Source of the DNA: Paramecium tetraurelia
Lineage: Eukaryota
Reading direction: 5' to 3'
Assembly (NCBI GenBank): GCA_000165425.1
Contig: CT867988.1
Location: forward strand, 279,370-310,408
DNA length: 31,039 nucleotides
The stretch's first letter is position 1, and each line of letters opens with the position of its first letter. The translations under genes were made by a program, and so were the position numbers. This document shows, piece by piece, positions 14,323 through 26,844 of this stretch. Below the pieces are notes generated by a model. The model was not told where the DNA came from. It saw nothing but the letters and a program-made list of their open reading frames with translations, and made no database searches.

Positions 14323-15877
14323 ATGAGCGACAACGAAAGTGATACAAAAGATTAAAGACCTGCTGAAGTAGAGTGGAGATAGAAAAAAGACACTTTAGAA
14401 AAGGAACATAGAGATCAAATTTAAAGACTTTCTTAATAGTATGGTTTTAAAGTAATGGAGTGTAATTCAAATTTAGCAAAGCGAAGTTTTCAATATAGCA
14501 AAAAGACATTACAACAAATTTGAATTAGTTGAAAGGGATATCAAAACATTATTAAAAGAGGAGAATGATGATGATTGTGAAGGTGATTGGATTACAAATG
14601 ATAATGAAAAATCAAGATCACAAAACAAGCATAATAGGAAATCCTCAAATAGAGAGGAGAATTAAAAAAATAGTAGAAAAAAAAGTGATCAATACTAGAA
14701 ATAGCAAGAATAAAGAAACTCAAGAAATGATGAAAGACTTGGATATAATCAAAAATAATTCAAGTATAAAATTTCACAATTTTAAGTCCTTCATAGGATT
14801 AGTATAATAGAAAGAACAGAGAAAATACTAAAAATAGAGAAGAGGATGATAATCACTAAGGTCAAATAAAAAATTATAGAAATGATAGAGGTTAAAATTA
14901 GCATTAAAAAAATACACGTAATGATCAAGGGAATTAAGTAAGAACAAATTAATATCAAAATTATTATAACAACACTAATAATTATATTAATAACAAGAGC
15001 TGTAATTAAAGAAAATAATATAGAAATAGAAACGATGACTTTTTGTAATAGCCAATATATGTTTTAAAAGAGTAATAGTCGAAATAATAAGCTCCTTAAT
15101 AATAATAATAAAGTTAAGCTTAGCCAACACTTTAAAATGATACAAAAACTTAATAATTTTAAGGTTCTTAAATTAAAAAGGAAGTTTAATAATAAAGTTA
15201 AAGTACCCAATAAAAATAATAATAGTAGCATTAATAATAATCGTAATAGCAATAATAATAATAATCTTTAAAATAGAATACTTAAAATTAAACTTAATAA
15301 CCCTAATAATAAAATGTATAATAACACACATCACATTCAACTAATAAAGAGCAAACTCAAAATTTGATTGATCAAACTTAAAAAATCTAATAATAACATA
15401 CAACATCTCAAAAAAAATAAGAAACTCCTTAATAATAGCGACAAATTCCCACTTAAACTACTCAATAGGAATAATAATAACCAGTTGTTTAAAATTTTGT
15501 AACACAGCAATCTCAAATAAATCATCCTCAAGTACAATTATAATAAATTCAACAATCAGAAAGTGGATAAAATAATAATCTACCTTTATAAGAATATAAT
15601 TAACAATAAGATTATATGAAGTTTTCTGGGAACAGTGGACAAGGACCTTAACAATAGGGAAATCAAACAGTTTAATATTAGTAGAAACAATCAAAACCAA
15701 TGTGCTAAGTTCCTTTATTGGCTTAATTTTTGATCTATCCAAATAATTGTACTTCATCGACAAACCTATTCCCTCTAACAATTGTATGAAATATAATATA
15801 ATAAATAGTAAAACTTAAATAATGCTTTTGAGTAATTGCGATAGATTGCATTGAATTATGAATAACAACAATAGTGA
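14323..15877 (+). CDS. Gln/Asn-rich low-complexity protein with short helical N-terminal domain (~493 aa, 3 introns)
   Basis: MSDNESDTKDQRPAEVEWRQKK... with introns of 25, 23 and 25 nt giving 1482 nt. Long TAA-encoded polyQ tracts lie at ~15070-15620. Confidence 0.8.
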
Positions 15878-16719
15878 GATTTATATCTGAAATTCTTAAA
15901 AATAGTATATTATACATATCTTTCTTTATATTTTGTTCTCAACTGATTATCAAAGTTCACTTTAACCATAGCTTAAATTAATTTTCCAATCTAAAAAATC
16001 TGATTTATTAAAAACGACGAATCTTAATTACCCACTTCTAATTATTTTGTATAGACTTATGGATTCCGTTCAAATTAATTAATTAAGATATCTTAAAATT
16101 GGATAGAGAGAAAGATTTAATTCATTTAAATAATTTCGTAAATGTTTTAAAACTAGGCCAAAAATATAAAATTTTGGGGATTTTTATTTTATTAAAAGAT
16201 ATTAATATAAACTGGTAACACTCAAATCATAAAATTAAAACTACAAATGATATAAAAGTACGTGTTGAATATTTAGAGTACTTTTATTGCAATATTTAAG
16301 TTATATTGAAAATATATAATATAATGATGATAGGACCTTGAAAAATTGGAATAACAAAAAAATTAGTAATTATGGTATTAATAATTATTATCCATTTTTT
16401 AATTAATCTAAACTTTTTAAGAATCTTTTCTTTCCTTATAGAAAGATAAAACCTTATGGACAATTTATTAGAACCAATCCAAGCTGAAAACTCTTAAAGG
16501 TTTAGGTTTCACAGATAACACTAAGGGGAAATATCTGTGAAAACAATATTAAAGTTTAAATACAGTTTTGTAAACAAATTAATATGTCTAAAGATCTAAA
16601 CACTATTGTAAATGTTAAACATCTTGGATTAAACAATTTAAATTAAGACTTTTAAATTTAAATGATTTCTATGATTGCCTTGACTTCCAATAGAAAGTTT
16701 AAACAATAATTATTAAACT

Positions 16720-17328
16720 ATGATAAATATTTAATCTATAAATTCAAGCGAAGACTCTAATCCATTAAGCCGATCCATACATTCTTAAAGTGACAGTTCA
16801 GCTTCAATCAATTAGAGTTTGCCCAGCAATTCTAAAAGCGAGAATAATTTGGATATACGAAAATTAACTTGGGATGATTTTTAAGGAGTACCTCCAGAAG
16901 ACGATCCAGCCTTAGCTCATACAAGATGGAAAATTGGATATAATTATTAAGTGCATCATGAAGCAGATAAAATATAAGTAATGGTGGATGTTTGGTGTAA
17001 AATTGATCCTTCTTCTTGGACCAAAGATAAAAAAATCGATGAATTATTGCATCATTAATAAGGTTGATCATGTTTGTAAATACTAATAGGTCACTTTTAT
17101 ATAGGGATGATTTGTGCCTTGGAGTTCAAGAAGAGAGTGCAAGAATTCTCCTTTAGTAAAGACTACAAGCAAGAAATTTCAGAGATTTTCAATAAGACAT
17201 TGTAAGAATATTTAGAGATGGAGAATAAATACAATATAGAGACTTTGAATATGTTAAATACTGCAAAATAACGATAGTGGGATATGAAGATAATGAAGTA
17301 ATTGAACTCACTATCAAAATATACTTGA
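16720..17328 (+). CDS. DUF922-like (putative zincin protease) domain protein with HQxxH instead of HExxH (193 aa, one 27-nt intron at 17063-17089)
   Basis: RKLTWDDFQGVP..ALAHT..SSWTK..LLHHQQGHFYI..YNIET..KQRQWDMKI matches the bacterial DUF922 pattern LTWxDF..SW..LLxHEQGHFDI..YDxET..QxxW. Confidence 0.75.
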
Positions 17329-17377
17329 AATTTAATTGGATTCGATTTTATCATGATATATTTTTGAATATCTTATT

Positions 17378-18298
17378 TCAAATAACTTGGTCTAATCTAC
17401 TGAGAACACCGCAAGTGTTTCCGATAGCAAGCCAAATGTGCCCATTGACTCCCCAATCTGATCCCCAAGAATTTCTGATTAACCAGTTTTTCTTGGAATC
17501 ATATCCAACAGCTACAGCTGCATGATTAGTTGAGGTGTTAATGCAGTTTGAAAAGATACCTCCGGTATACCCTTTCCAATTAGAGGATTGGACACTAACA
17601 GATATTGGATATTAAGCGATTGCCTCATAAGCTTAGGTTGCTGTAGTCCATGTTTTTCTTGAGTTTGCTTTGGTTGATCCTTAGGTCTTTCTACATTTTT
17701 CCTTACTTGCAACATATGGGTATTCAGATTCCAAAAAAGCACCATTTTTATTTAAATAATCGATAGCTTTTGCTGGATAGCCCCCATCACATCCATGTGA
17801 ATTAGTATCACAATCAACTAAATTTTATTCAGAATATTAGAAGTGTGTTCCCTTAACAAAGATGAAAAAGGCTTCAAAAGCACCAACGGCTGAGAATGAC
17901 CAGCCTGATCCACATGTACCTTAATTCTTGACTGGATTCATTTTAGATGACCAATCAACAGATTCAGGAAGATTAATTGAATCAATAGATTCATCAATCT
18001 CAATAGGAGAAGAATCGGCTCTACCAAGGTAAATCTATTCAAATTCTTCATCTGTAAGAGTAGCGAACTGATTTATTCCTAGTGTGTAGCTGGACTGCCT
18101 ACTATTTACTTCTTGATAGTAGTTGTAGTTTTATTTGAAGATTTCAAATCTGTATTCATCTTCAAATTAGCTGGTGTATCTAGTTTAATATTTTTGTTTC
18201 CATTCTTAATATAGTCTTCTTAAGGGATCTTCTTAGCCTAAGTAGCTTGTTGTTGCAAAGAGAACAGTTGTGATAAGTGCAATCAATGGCTTATACAT
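17378..18298 (-). CDS. Cathepsin L-like papain-family (C1A) preproprotein with catalytic Cys replaced by Gly (306 aa, intronless)
   Basis: Signal peptide, I29 prodomain (EDEYRFEIFKQN, GINQFATLTDEEF), LPESVDW, QGTCGSGWSFSA, SEQNLVDC, GCDGG, NHA and IRNSWGSDWG. Confidence 0.95.
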
Positions 18299-19216
18299 TA
18301 AATTAATTTACAAAATATCTTCCGATTTTTTGAGATTTTAAACATAAAATCTACTATGTATTAAATATGTTGAAAATTTGCAATCAATTCTACATTATGG
18401 AATGGTGAAAATTTGATAGTAAGCATTATTCAATTATAAGGAATTATGGATTTTCAGAAGAATAATATCATTTATCTCAACTGAGAAATTTATTGTAATA
18501 TAGTTAAAGTTTTTTTAATTTGATTATGTAATTCAATAGTCATTTAGAGTTAGAATTCCAATAGGAGAAGACTTTTTTTATTTTATATTATTAATAGAAT
18601 TAGACAATGCTTATAAATAGAAAAGGATGTATTGTAGCCAAACGAGGGTTATTTTGAATTTGAATATCATTAGCTTCTAAAATGGAAAATATCTAATTTT
18701 AATAATTTAATTAACTACTCATTTTTATTATAATTCTTCCAATTAAATATTCTTAATTAAATATTCTTTTATATTTTTAATTTTTACAAGCATCAGTAGG
18801 TAATTTAGTAGTTTTAGCATTTACTTATGTGATTTCAAAATAATGATTTGAATTTTATATTTCAATATTATAATTTGTATGAATTCACTCTACATAGATA
18901 TTTGCTCGAGAATACCATTTTTTATATACATTACTGAGTTTTTTATATTAATTTGCGGTGTTAAAAAAAGACATATTTATGTAAACTGAATGTTTATGAT
19001 GGTATGTCAAAAGGATTCGAAATACCTAAAAATATACTTCAATTAATCATATAAAATTATTAACATTGAATGACGAATATTATAAAAGATATTTATAATG
19101 TACTCATAAAAATAAATTGCAGAAAAAAGTAAAGCTACTTTTTAAGTTAAAGCTGGAAATGCTATTATTAATGAAATACAAGACATCTGTGTATATGATT
19201 AATTAATTTAATTTTT

Positions 19217-20903
19217 ATGAAATCATATTATGATTACTCTAATGTTTTATTCGAATGCATCATGGTTCGCAAACATTTCATTAGCGATGTGAAATATTAT
19301 TGCTATGTTCTAAGTGATTACCTGCTTATGAGTAGGGTAAGATATGCAATTTATGTAAGAAAGCAAAGGATCCCGCTCCAAAATATGTTTTACCATTATA
19401 GTTGACAAATTAAGTCGGATGGGTTGTGGAGCGAAAAGATAAGAAAATTCAGTTTAAAGCTTTCACGATGAAGTATATGGAGAAATACAAAGACTTTGTG
19501 GGAAACAGCAACGACTTGTAGAAGTAATAAAAATAAAATTAAGTAGACTGAAGGAACATCTCAGAAATAAGGTTACATTCTACAAGATTGCTGATTTCTA
19601 CGAAGCATAGTACAATTTAGGGAAGGGGAGTTCAGCAAAGGTTATCCAAATAAAAGAGTTAGGAAATGAATAATCGAAATTGGCAGCAAAAGCGATAGAT
19701 AAAAGTTACCTTTAGAAGAGTGAGTCTGGCATGTAAGCCTTTTTAAATGAGGTCAACATCTTGAGCCATCTTAGTAAGTAAAATTATTGTGCTCCCTTTA
19801 TCAAATTGCACGAAACATATGAAGGGGATCACACATTCTATCTCATTTTGGATTTGATGCAGGGCAGAACTCTTGCAGATGAATTGGATATCTTAAAGGT
19901 AAAAGAATAACAAACTATTAGCAAAGAAAGGAGATGTTTCCTATGAAATTAGTCAAAGTTATTATGAAACAATTGCTATAAGGTGTTAAGATACTTCACG
20001 ATAATAATATAATTCACAGAGATTTGAAGCCGGATAACATCATGTTTCGAGAATTAGATTCCTATGAAACTCTCACCATCGTAGATTTCGGATTATCGAC
20101 CTTCACTGATGTTACTAAATATTAATTTCCAAAATGTGGTACTCCTGGATATGTGGCACCTGAGATTTTGAATTTGGTTGATAGAGATTCGAAATATGAT
20201 AAAGTCTGTGATATCTTTAGTTGCGGTTGTATCTTTTATAAGTTACTATTTGGCCATAGTTTGTTTATGGGTAATACTTTCAATGAAGTATTGGGACAAA
20301 ACAAGAAGTGTAATTACACTCTTGATGGACCTGAAATGACTTCTATTCCTTTTGAAGCCTAAGAGCTACTCAAGAGGATGCTGGCAAAGAACCCTTCTGA
20401 AAGAATAACAACTCATTAGGCTTTGGAATCTGACTTTTTTAACAAACCCTCATCTCCTCTGCAATCAAAAAGTATATTACTATATTTAATTAGAACTCAA
20501 AGCATTTAATGTACCTAATATCAGTAGTAGGAATATTTTCCAACCTACATTAGATGGATTATTATCTGAAGCTGAATCTCCATTTTAGAGAATAGGTTAG
20601 AAATGTAAAAATTAATTCGATTTTGATGTTGACATTTAAGAAAATAAATGTTCTTCAATTTAAATTAGATAATTACCATCTGTGAAAAAGCCCACTTGTG
20701 TAAGATTGGAGGATTCGACAATTGGTAGTTTCTATGCAAAAGATCCATTAAGTAGTTTCAAGAAACTCAAAGGAAGTATGTGAATATGTCTATCATAAGC
20801 ATCTCAAAAACAATTGAATGAGACTAAAGAAATCAAGGTTAATCAATTCGATGTTGATTAAATGCAAAGAATCTCATTATTTAACAGAAATGAAGATTAT
20901 TGA
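19217..20903 (+). CDS. CAMK-group Ser/Thr protein kinase with N-terminal PH-like region (~523 aa, 5 introns of 22-24 nt)
   Basis: LGKGSSAKV, AAKAI, IIHRDLKPDNIMF, IVDFGLS, KCGTPGYVAPEIL and CDIFSCG. Spliced length is 1572 nt. Confidence 0.92.
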
Positions 20904-21007
20904 TATTGCTTCTATTACTTAATATCAATTTAACATTTATGAGTTATGTTTCTTATTCTCTTCTTCCAATTTTTAAGTTAATAATTATAAATATTACACT
21001 TGCGAAA

Positions 21008-22197
21008 ATGAACAGGTAACTTACACCAGATGGTACAAAATCAACGATGAGAAGTACTATTTTACCAAAGATTGTCAATAAATCATCAAAATTAGAATAG
21101 CAATAGAGTATTTACCAAAGTGTGGACGCAGAGAAGTTCTAAAAGAGAACAAAAAATTTTGATTTTTCTAACTTATAGAGAACAATTCAAACCAGCTATT
21201 CAAAAAGCAGATAGAAACAAAGGACGATCCTCTAACCTTTATCTAATACGATTAATAATCGAATCTAGACTAAGTAACAGCTAAATAGGATAATAAATTC
21301 ATTGATCAGAATAATGTAAAATGATGCTGAATTTATGAATTCATGTAAACATTTACATGTGAATTCCTAAAAGTTATCGTAGTTATTACTTATGCTTACT
21401 CCACTTAATTTCGAGACTGAAGGATTCTTCACAATTCATCGTAAGTTGAAATAGTAATAACAATAACACTCTTATTTTATTGAAATAGATAGAATGTTTT
21501 TTGCAGTTTCTAAACTCAACATTCCTGTGCCACTGTAGCATTTGATGTAGTTATCTCAATATAGTGATTGTCTTTATTAAGATAACTCATTTGGAATGGT
21601 TGTGAACTACTAATAAATGTTATCAATCTTAAAGTAAGCATATCAAGTACATAAAAATATGTAATCTTAATAAGAATTGAGTACAACTACGGCAAGTGAT
21701 GATGAGGAAAGATTGTCACCATCAGCTAGAAGTATGTGTATATACATAGCATACTAGTTGTTTAGAGATTATTGTCTCGTAATACTGCGAGAAAAGTTCA
21801 GTTTAAATAGAAACGATTGGGTTACATCAATGATTAGAATATGGTGGCTTATTATGATTCCTTCACTGATTTGAAAAAGAAACTGGAGAGAGACTGGAAT
21901 GCAAAGAACTATATTTTTGGGTGTATCAGATTTGGGTACATTGATCTAATTAAATATCCACAATACGTCGATCATTAAACAAAGAAGGAACTCAAAATAT
22001 TTGGGCAATAGAGGTCAAAACTACCAATATCTATGCAAGTTGTATATAAGCATAAATCTCAAGCAATGAATCAAGAGAAAGCATTGAACAAATTGAATCT
22101 GTACCAACCCAAGAATATCTATTATGAATCTTACACCAAAGACCCTGATTTCATCTCTAAAGTTTAATATTTAAATGTAATCACTTCCAATTATTGA
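21008..22197 (+). CDS. Hypothetical protein (387 aa, one 26-nt intron)
   Basis: Code-6 frame MNRQLTPDGTKSTMRSTILPKI...VITSNY-TGA; spliced length is 1164 nt. Confidence 0.75.
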
Positions 22198-22273
22198 TTA
22201 GGTATATAGTTTATCTAACAAGTTTAATTCTATTTACACTTATAAAAATGATTAGATAACCGATTATAATATT

Positions 22274-24156
22274 ATGAATTTGGACAATATCTGCATCAAG
22301 AGTTTATTCACAGAATAGACAGAATACATCACAAAGGATTGCGCCTTTGATGATTAATAAGGGGGTTTTCATATTAAAAAGAGGGAATACCGTCCTCTTG
22401 ATCTAGAATAAGCAGATTCATCAGGGTCTGAGCCTGATCTAGATGTTTATGATCCCCTTTATGTGAAGAGCATACAATCATATCCACAGTACTTAATTGA
22501 AACTTAGATTTAATTCACATTCCCATTGCTCTACAGATTCTATTACAATAAGATGTTTACTAATGCAAAGGTCACTCGAGATAATTACACAGAGTAATAA
22601 TGTATATCAATTATTTAGATTGGTGGATCAATGCAAGATAAAACCTGAATAATAATTCAAGGAGAAATTTGTGAATGTCCCTAGTCCAGATAATTGCAAT
22701 TATCAAAGACACAAATATAAGTAACCAGAGGTTGTAGATTTAACTGATGAAAGTGACAATGAAATTTATGAACAACCTCTTGAAGCCTTAGATAAATAAG
22801 ATCTTTCACTTAGTTTCAAAGTGCAACCTCTAATTAAAGAAGAAGATTAAAGAGAACATACTCAATATCTAAAGAGTCAATCATCCATCATTATTCAGGA
22901 TGAATAGAAAGTGAATGATAAAATTCAATTTGCTCACAATATTGCTAGACCATTCATTTGTTTATAATGTATTTTACTTATTAAATTAGACATCAGATTC
23001 TTATGCACTCTTATTGTAGTTAAGATTCCCATTATAAATTCACATGTAGATAATTCCTTCAATAGTTGAAAGAGAATTGCCCTTGAAAGAAGTGAATATT
23101 GAAGCAAGTACCATCATCATTGATAATACTCTAACTATTGATTAAGGAATCAAAGACTTGGAATCATACCCGATAATCGATATAGACTCTGATGAGGAAC
23201 CAAGTTTTGATGAAATGCCCCTTGAAATTGATCTACCTGAATAAGTAGAATAATAGACAATTGAATAAAAGAATGAAGATGATGAGGAAATAACAATTGA
23301 CAAAGTTACTGAATATGTAGATTTGGAAATCAAAGATAGTCTGACCATTGAAGTGAAAAATGATTATGTAAGTAGGCTAGAGATTGATGGATATCCTATA
23401 TACTTTTATTTGGATGAACATCTAAGGAAAACAGAACCAACCATACACAAAGTCACTATGGAAGGTAAAGAAATTTAATCTGTTCAAATAAGTTGTGAAT
23501 AGAAAGGATCTAAAATTTATATGAAATTATTTGCAATCAAGGCTTTATGCGATTAGAGATTGGAAAGCAATATTGAGAAAAAATAAAATTATGAAGAAGA
23601 AGACAAACAAGTTAATATATATGAACCTATAACACTACCTGAATAATGGAATCAAGGTTAATTTGTCATCAATTTGTATTACTTGCAAAGAGAGGATGTG
23701 AATTAGAATGTTGAATGGCTCAAAAATGTTCTTATTACTTATTTTCCTTAAATTATTATTGTGGAAGATTATAGTGAATCTTTTGAAGCATATATATATG
23801 GTGTTGGTCCTAAGGATTTTAGAGATGCAAATGGAAGAACTTTGCTTTTTAGAAAAGACATTGAGGATTGGTAAATATATTATTGTTATTTCAGGACTCA
23901 ATTTAACCAGGAATTTCAATTTAAGACTCTCCTAATCTATGATACAATCTGTTACTTAATTAGTCTCTATGGTTCAATTGATTAATTGAGCTTTGTTTAG
24001 AATAAGTATATTTCAGAAAATCACTCAAAACATACAAAATCGAAATTTGAAAAACTGCATTTACATCCATACAAATACGTTGAGAATGTAGAAAGGGAAC
24101 GAATCAGACCAACCACTGGTTATAGCAAAGTTGGACAAAGAAGATAAAATTATTGA
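22274..24156 (+). CDS. Acidic hypothetical protein with several SUMO-interacting-motif-like segments (~600-610 aa, 2-3 introns)
   Basis: Spliced frame (25 and 28 nt introns, optional 24 nt) is stop-free. Contains PEVVDLTDESDNE, YPIIDIDSDEE and TIIIDN. Confidence 0.75.
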
Positions 24157-24399
24157 TATTATAAATATATCTATAAAAATCCAATCATAAACTTCATTCT
24201 TTAAATTCATTTATTTTTGTTTTTTCTATTAAGAATCAATTTAATAGGATATTTAATCTAAAATTATATATTTCGAATATGTTCAATTATTTAGACTAAC
24301 TTATTTTCAAAATTCAAGTTGCTCTTATCTGCAGAAAATGAACAAGATTTCAAAAATGATTTATTTGGTTTACTCAAGAATTTCATAGGATTGATTTTA

Positions 24400-25668
24400 A
24401 TGAATAAAATAAAAAAATAACTTTTATACACTAATAATATTTAAACAATAGATAGGCTATTGAGATTCAATATCAATGAGTCAATTGCGATAAAGCATTT
24501 ATCAAACTTAAGTCTAGCTACTAAATATACCCTTCTCAAAAAGGGCTCTGTAGAATTGCAATAATTAATATTGATGGACGTATCAAATACATCGCTTCCC
24601 TAAAATTATACCATAGGATAGTTATTCACAAAATTATTCAAAAATATTTTAAGTTTTGGAATAAAACCTGATCAACCATAATACAAGGCCAATTTATTAG
24701 AACATTTAAGTTTATAATAAAAAATAAAATTATTTTGCAAAAATCACCATAAATATTTTAATGATAATATCAGAGATCAGATTCTTGAAGATATTGAAAA
24801 TTCAACACCAATTAAAGTATAAACTAGATATTTATTAAAATGGCTTTATTTATAGGATGACACTACTTATCAATAATATCATCCCCTTATTATTAATATT
24901 GTATTGAATTAACAGAATGGAGAATTAAACTATTAATCCCACAAGTACATCAGTTTATTATATAAAAAACTCTTACAATCTTAATCTGAAAATGTGAAAT
25001 TATTTTTGAAAGTCTATAGGGATCTAGCCTAGGAATTTATGATGTCCTAGAATTCAAGAAATAGAATCTTACTTAAGCTATAACTTAATAAACAATTAGA
25101 ATTAAATTATCCACTAAATCAAATTGAATAGGATTGTTAAAAGTATTAAGATTTGGAGAATTTAGATCATATTAAGTTCTATCTTAAATATTAAGGGAAT
25201 TTAGAATGGCTATTAAAATAAATCATAACTAAGAAGGTCATTAACCATAATCATAAAACTGAAGTCTTGGAACTGGTCAATCATATTATTAAAACCAATT
25301 TATGTGAATAATATTATTCATAGTTGTTTGATTAGATTATGGATGCATTTGAGCCTGAAGAAGTATTTTATCATGAACTTTACTAAATCTTTCACTTTTT
25401 ATTAATTGTGAAAGATTATCCTGAAATGATTTTAGTACAGTTATTTAGGATCTTTGCAGACAAACATATGCTCTTCGATCCTCAAGAATTCTCTGCCATT
25501 GTATTATTAGTTAATCAGTTTTAAGAGGTTAATATATAGGATCAACATTAAACATATTAAATTTCAATCTACGATGAATTACGAGACTATTATCTTAAAA
25601 ATTCATTATCGATGACCAAGGAAGTCCACTAAATTTTTATTAGACAGACAACTAATAAATTGGGTTGA
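24400..25668 (+). CDS. Hypothetical alpha-helical protein (~422 aa, intronless; start uncertain)
   Basis: Uninterrupted code-6 frame of 1269 nt to TGA 25666-25668. The frame stays open upstream without an in-frame ATG. Confidence 0.7.
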
Positions 25669-25770
25669 TGATAAATAATTCAAAGTTTTATAACATTCAT
25701 TCTAATCTATACCGTCATACTAAATTTAAAAATATCATAAATTAATTATTTTAATTATACATAAATTTAT

Positions 25771-26560
25771 ATGGACCCAGAGGCTCAAATGGATCTCAAG
25801 ACTGAGACACCAGTGATTAGAGGAAATGATGATTTATCTGTGTATCTGCAGACCATCTACCACCTAAACTTAAATGATTTCAAGGAATCACTTTATCAAA
25901 TGAAATTACTATTGATTAATCAAAGATAAGCGTAATTTGATTTAAAATATTCACAGATTCTAGGCCCTATAATGGAATTATGGTAATATGTAATAATACA
26001 TACATTAGAAATATAACTGAAATAGCCCAACAATATTTCATTTCTATTACTAATTGTAATTCTGTAGTTGTTAGTCGTATTTATTTATTCTATATTATAC
26101 TTAAAACATGCTTTTATTATTGCAATATTAAAACATCTAATAATTAATAGTTTTTATGGATATTCGATAGTTATTTTGTTAAAGAGATTTATACCTGACC
26201 AACACTTTCATTTAATATTTGTTGTTGAAGCATTCCTGTATTCACTATTTTTATTCACAATTTACAACTATTTATGTTTAGTAACAACTTTAATTAATCA
26301 ATAGTTTATAGTCAACTTACTAATTGTCAGCCCATTAGAAGTAAATAACATGCTAAACCTATTTGCAAATTACTAATTTTATTACACTATTTTTAAACAA
26401 ATTTCAAGTAAGAACTACTGAAAGTATACTAATAGGTATCAATAAAATGAAGCAGCCTGAATATTTGTTAATTCCGATTGGATTTTAAGTGATAGTCTTT
26501 TTTGGACTCTGTCTGATACGTATTGATTATTTCAATATTCTGGTTGACATATTGTTATGA
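25771..26560 (+). CDS. Divergent UNC-50/Gmh1 family multi-pass membrane protein (~236 aa, introns of 25, 26 and 28 nt)
   Basis: YLQTIYHLNLNDFKESLYQMKLLLINQRQAF resembles UNC-50 YLRRLF..QMDFEFA.WQM.YL..P..VY. It is followed by about five hydrophobic segments and a C-terminal NxL..YY..F....LLxP pattern. Confidence 0.6.
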
Positions 26561-26844
26561 TATAAATATATTTATTTAATGATGCATTTTATAATTAGAA
26601 TTGATTTCATGCATCCATAATAATAAATGTCTCACTAAAATTGTTATAATTTAATCAATTTGTAACTAAAATATGTTATTTCTCAGTAGTAATTAAATTT
26701 ATTAATTGATACTTACCTCATTTACTAATTATTTTTTAACTTGTTGAATCAATTATATTATATAATAAATAAATGTGATATCAATAATAAGTATGAATCA
26801 AAATTAATATTATTTTGTTTAATATTCAAAATAAAATACTAATA

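Noticed and set aside
15064..15917. Leu-rich minus-strand ORFs in the track resembling membrane proteins
   Set aside because: They are the antisense of TAA/CAA polyQ codons in the plus-strand Q-rich gene.
19000..19030. TTCGAATCC T-loop-like sequence on the minus strand
   Set aside because: No T-stem, anticodon arm or acceptor stem could be folded; not a tRNA.
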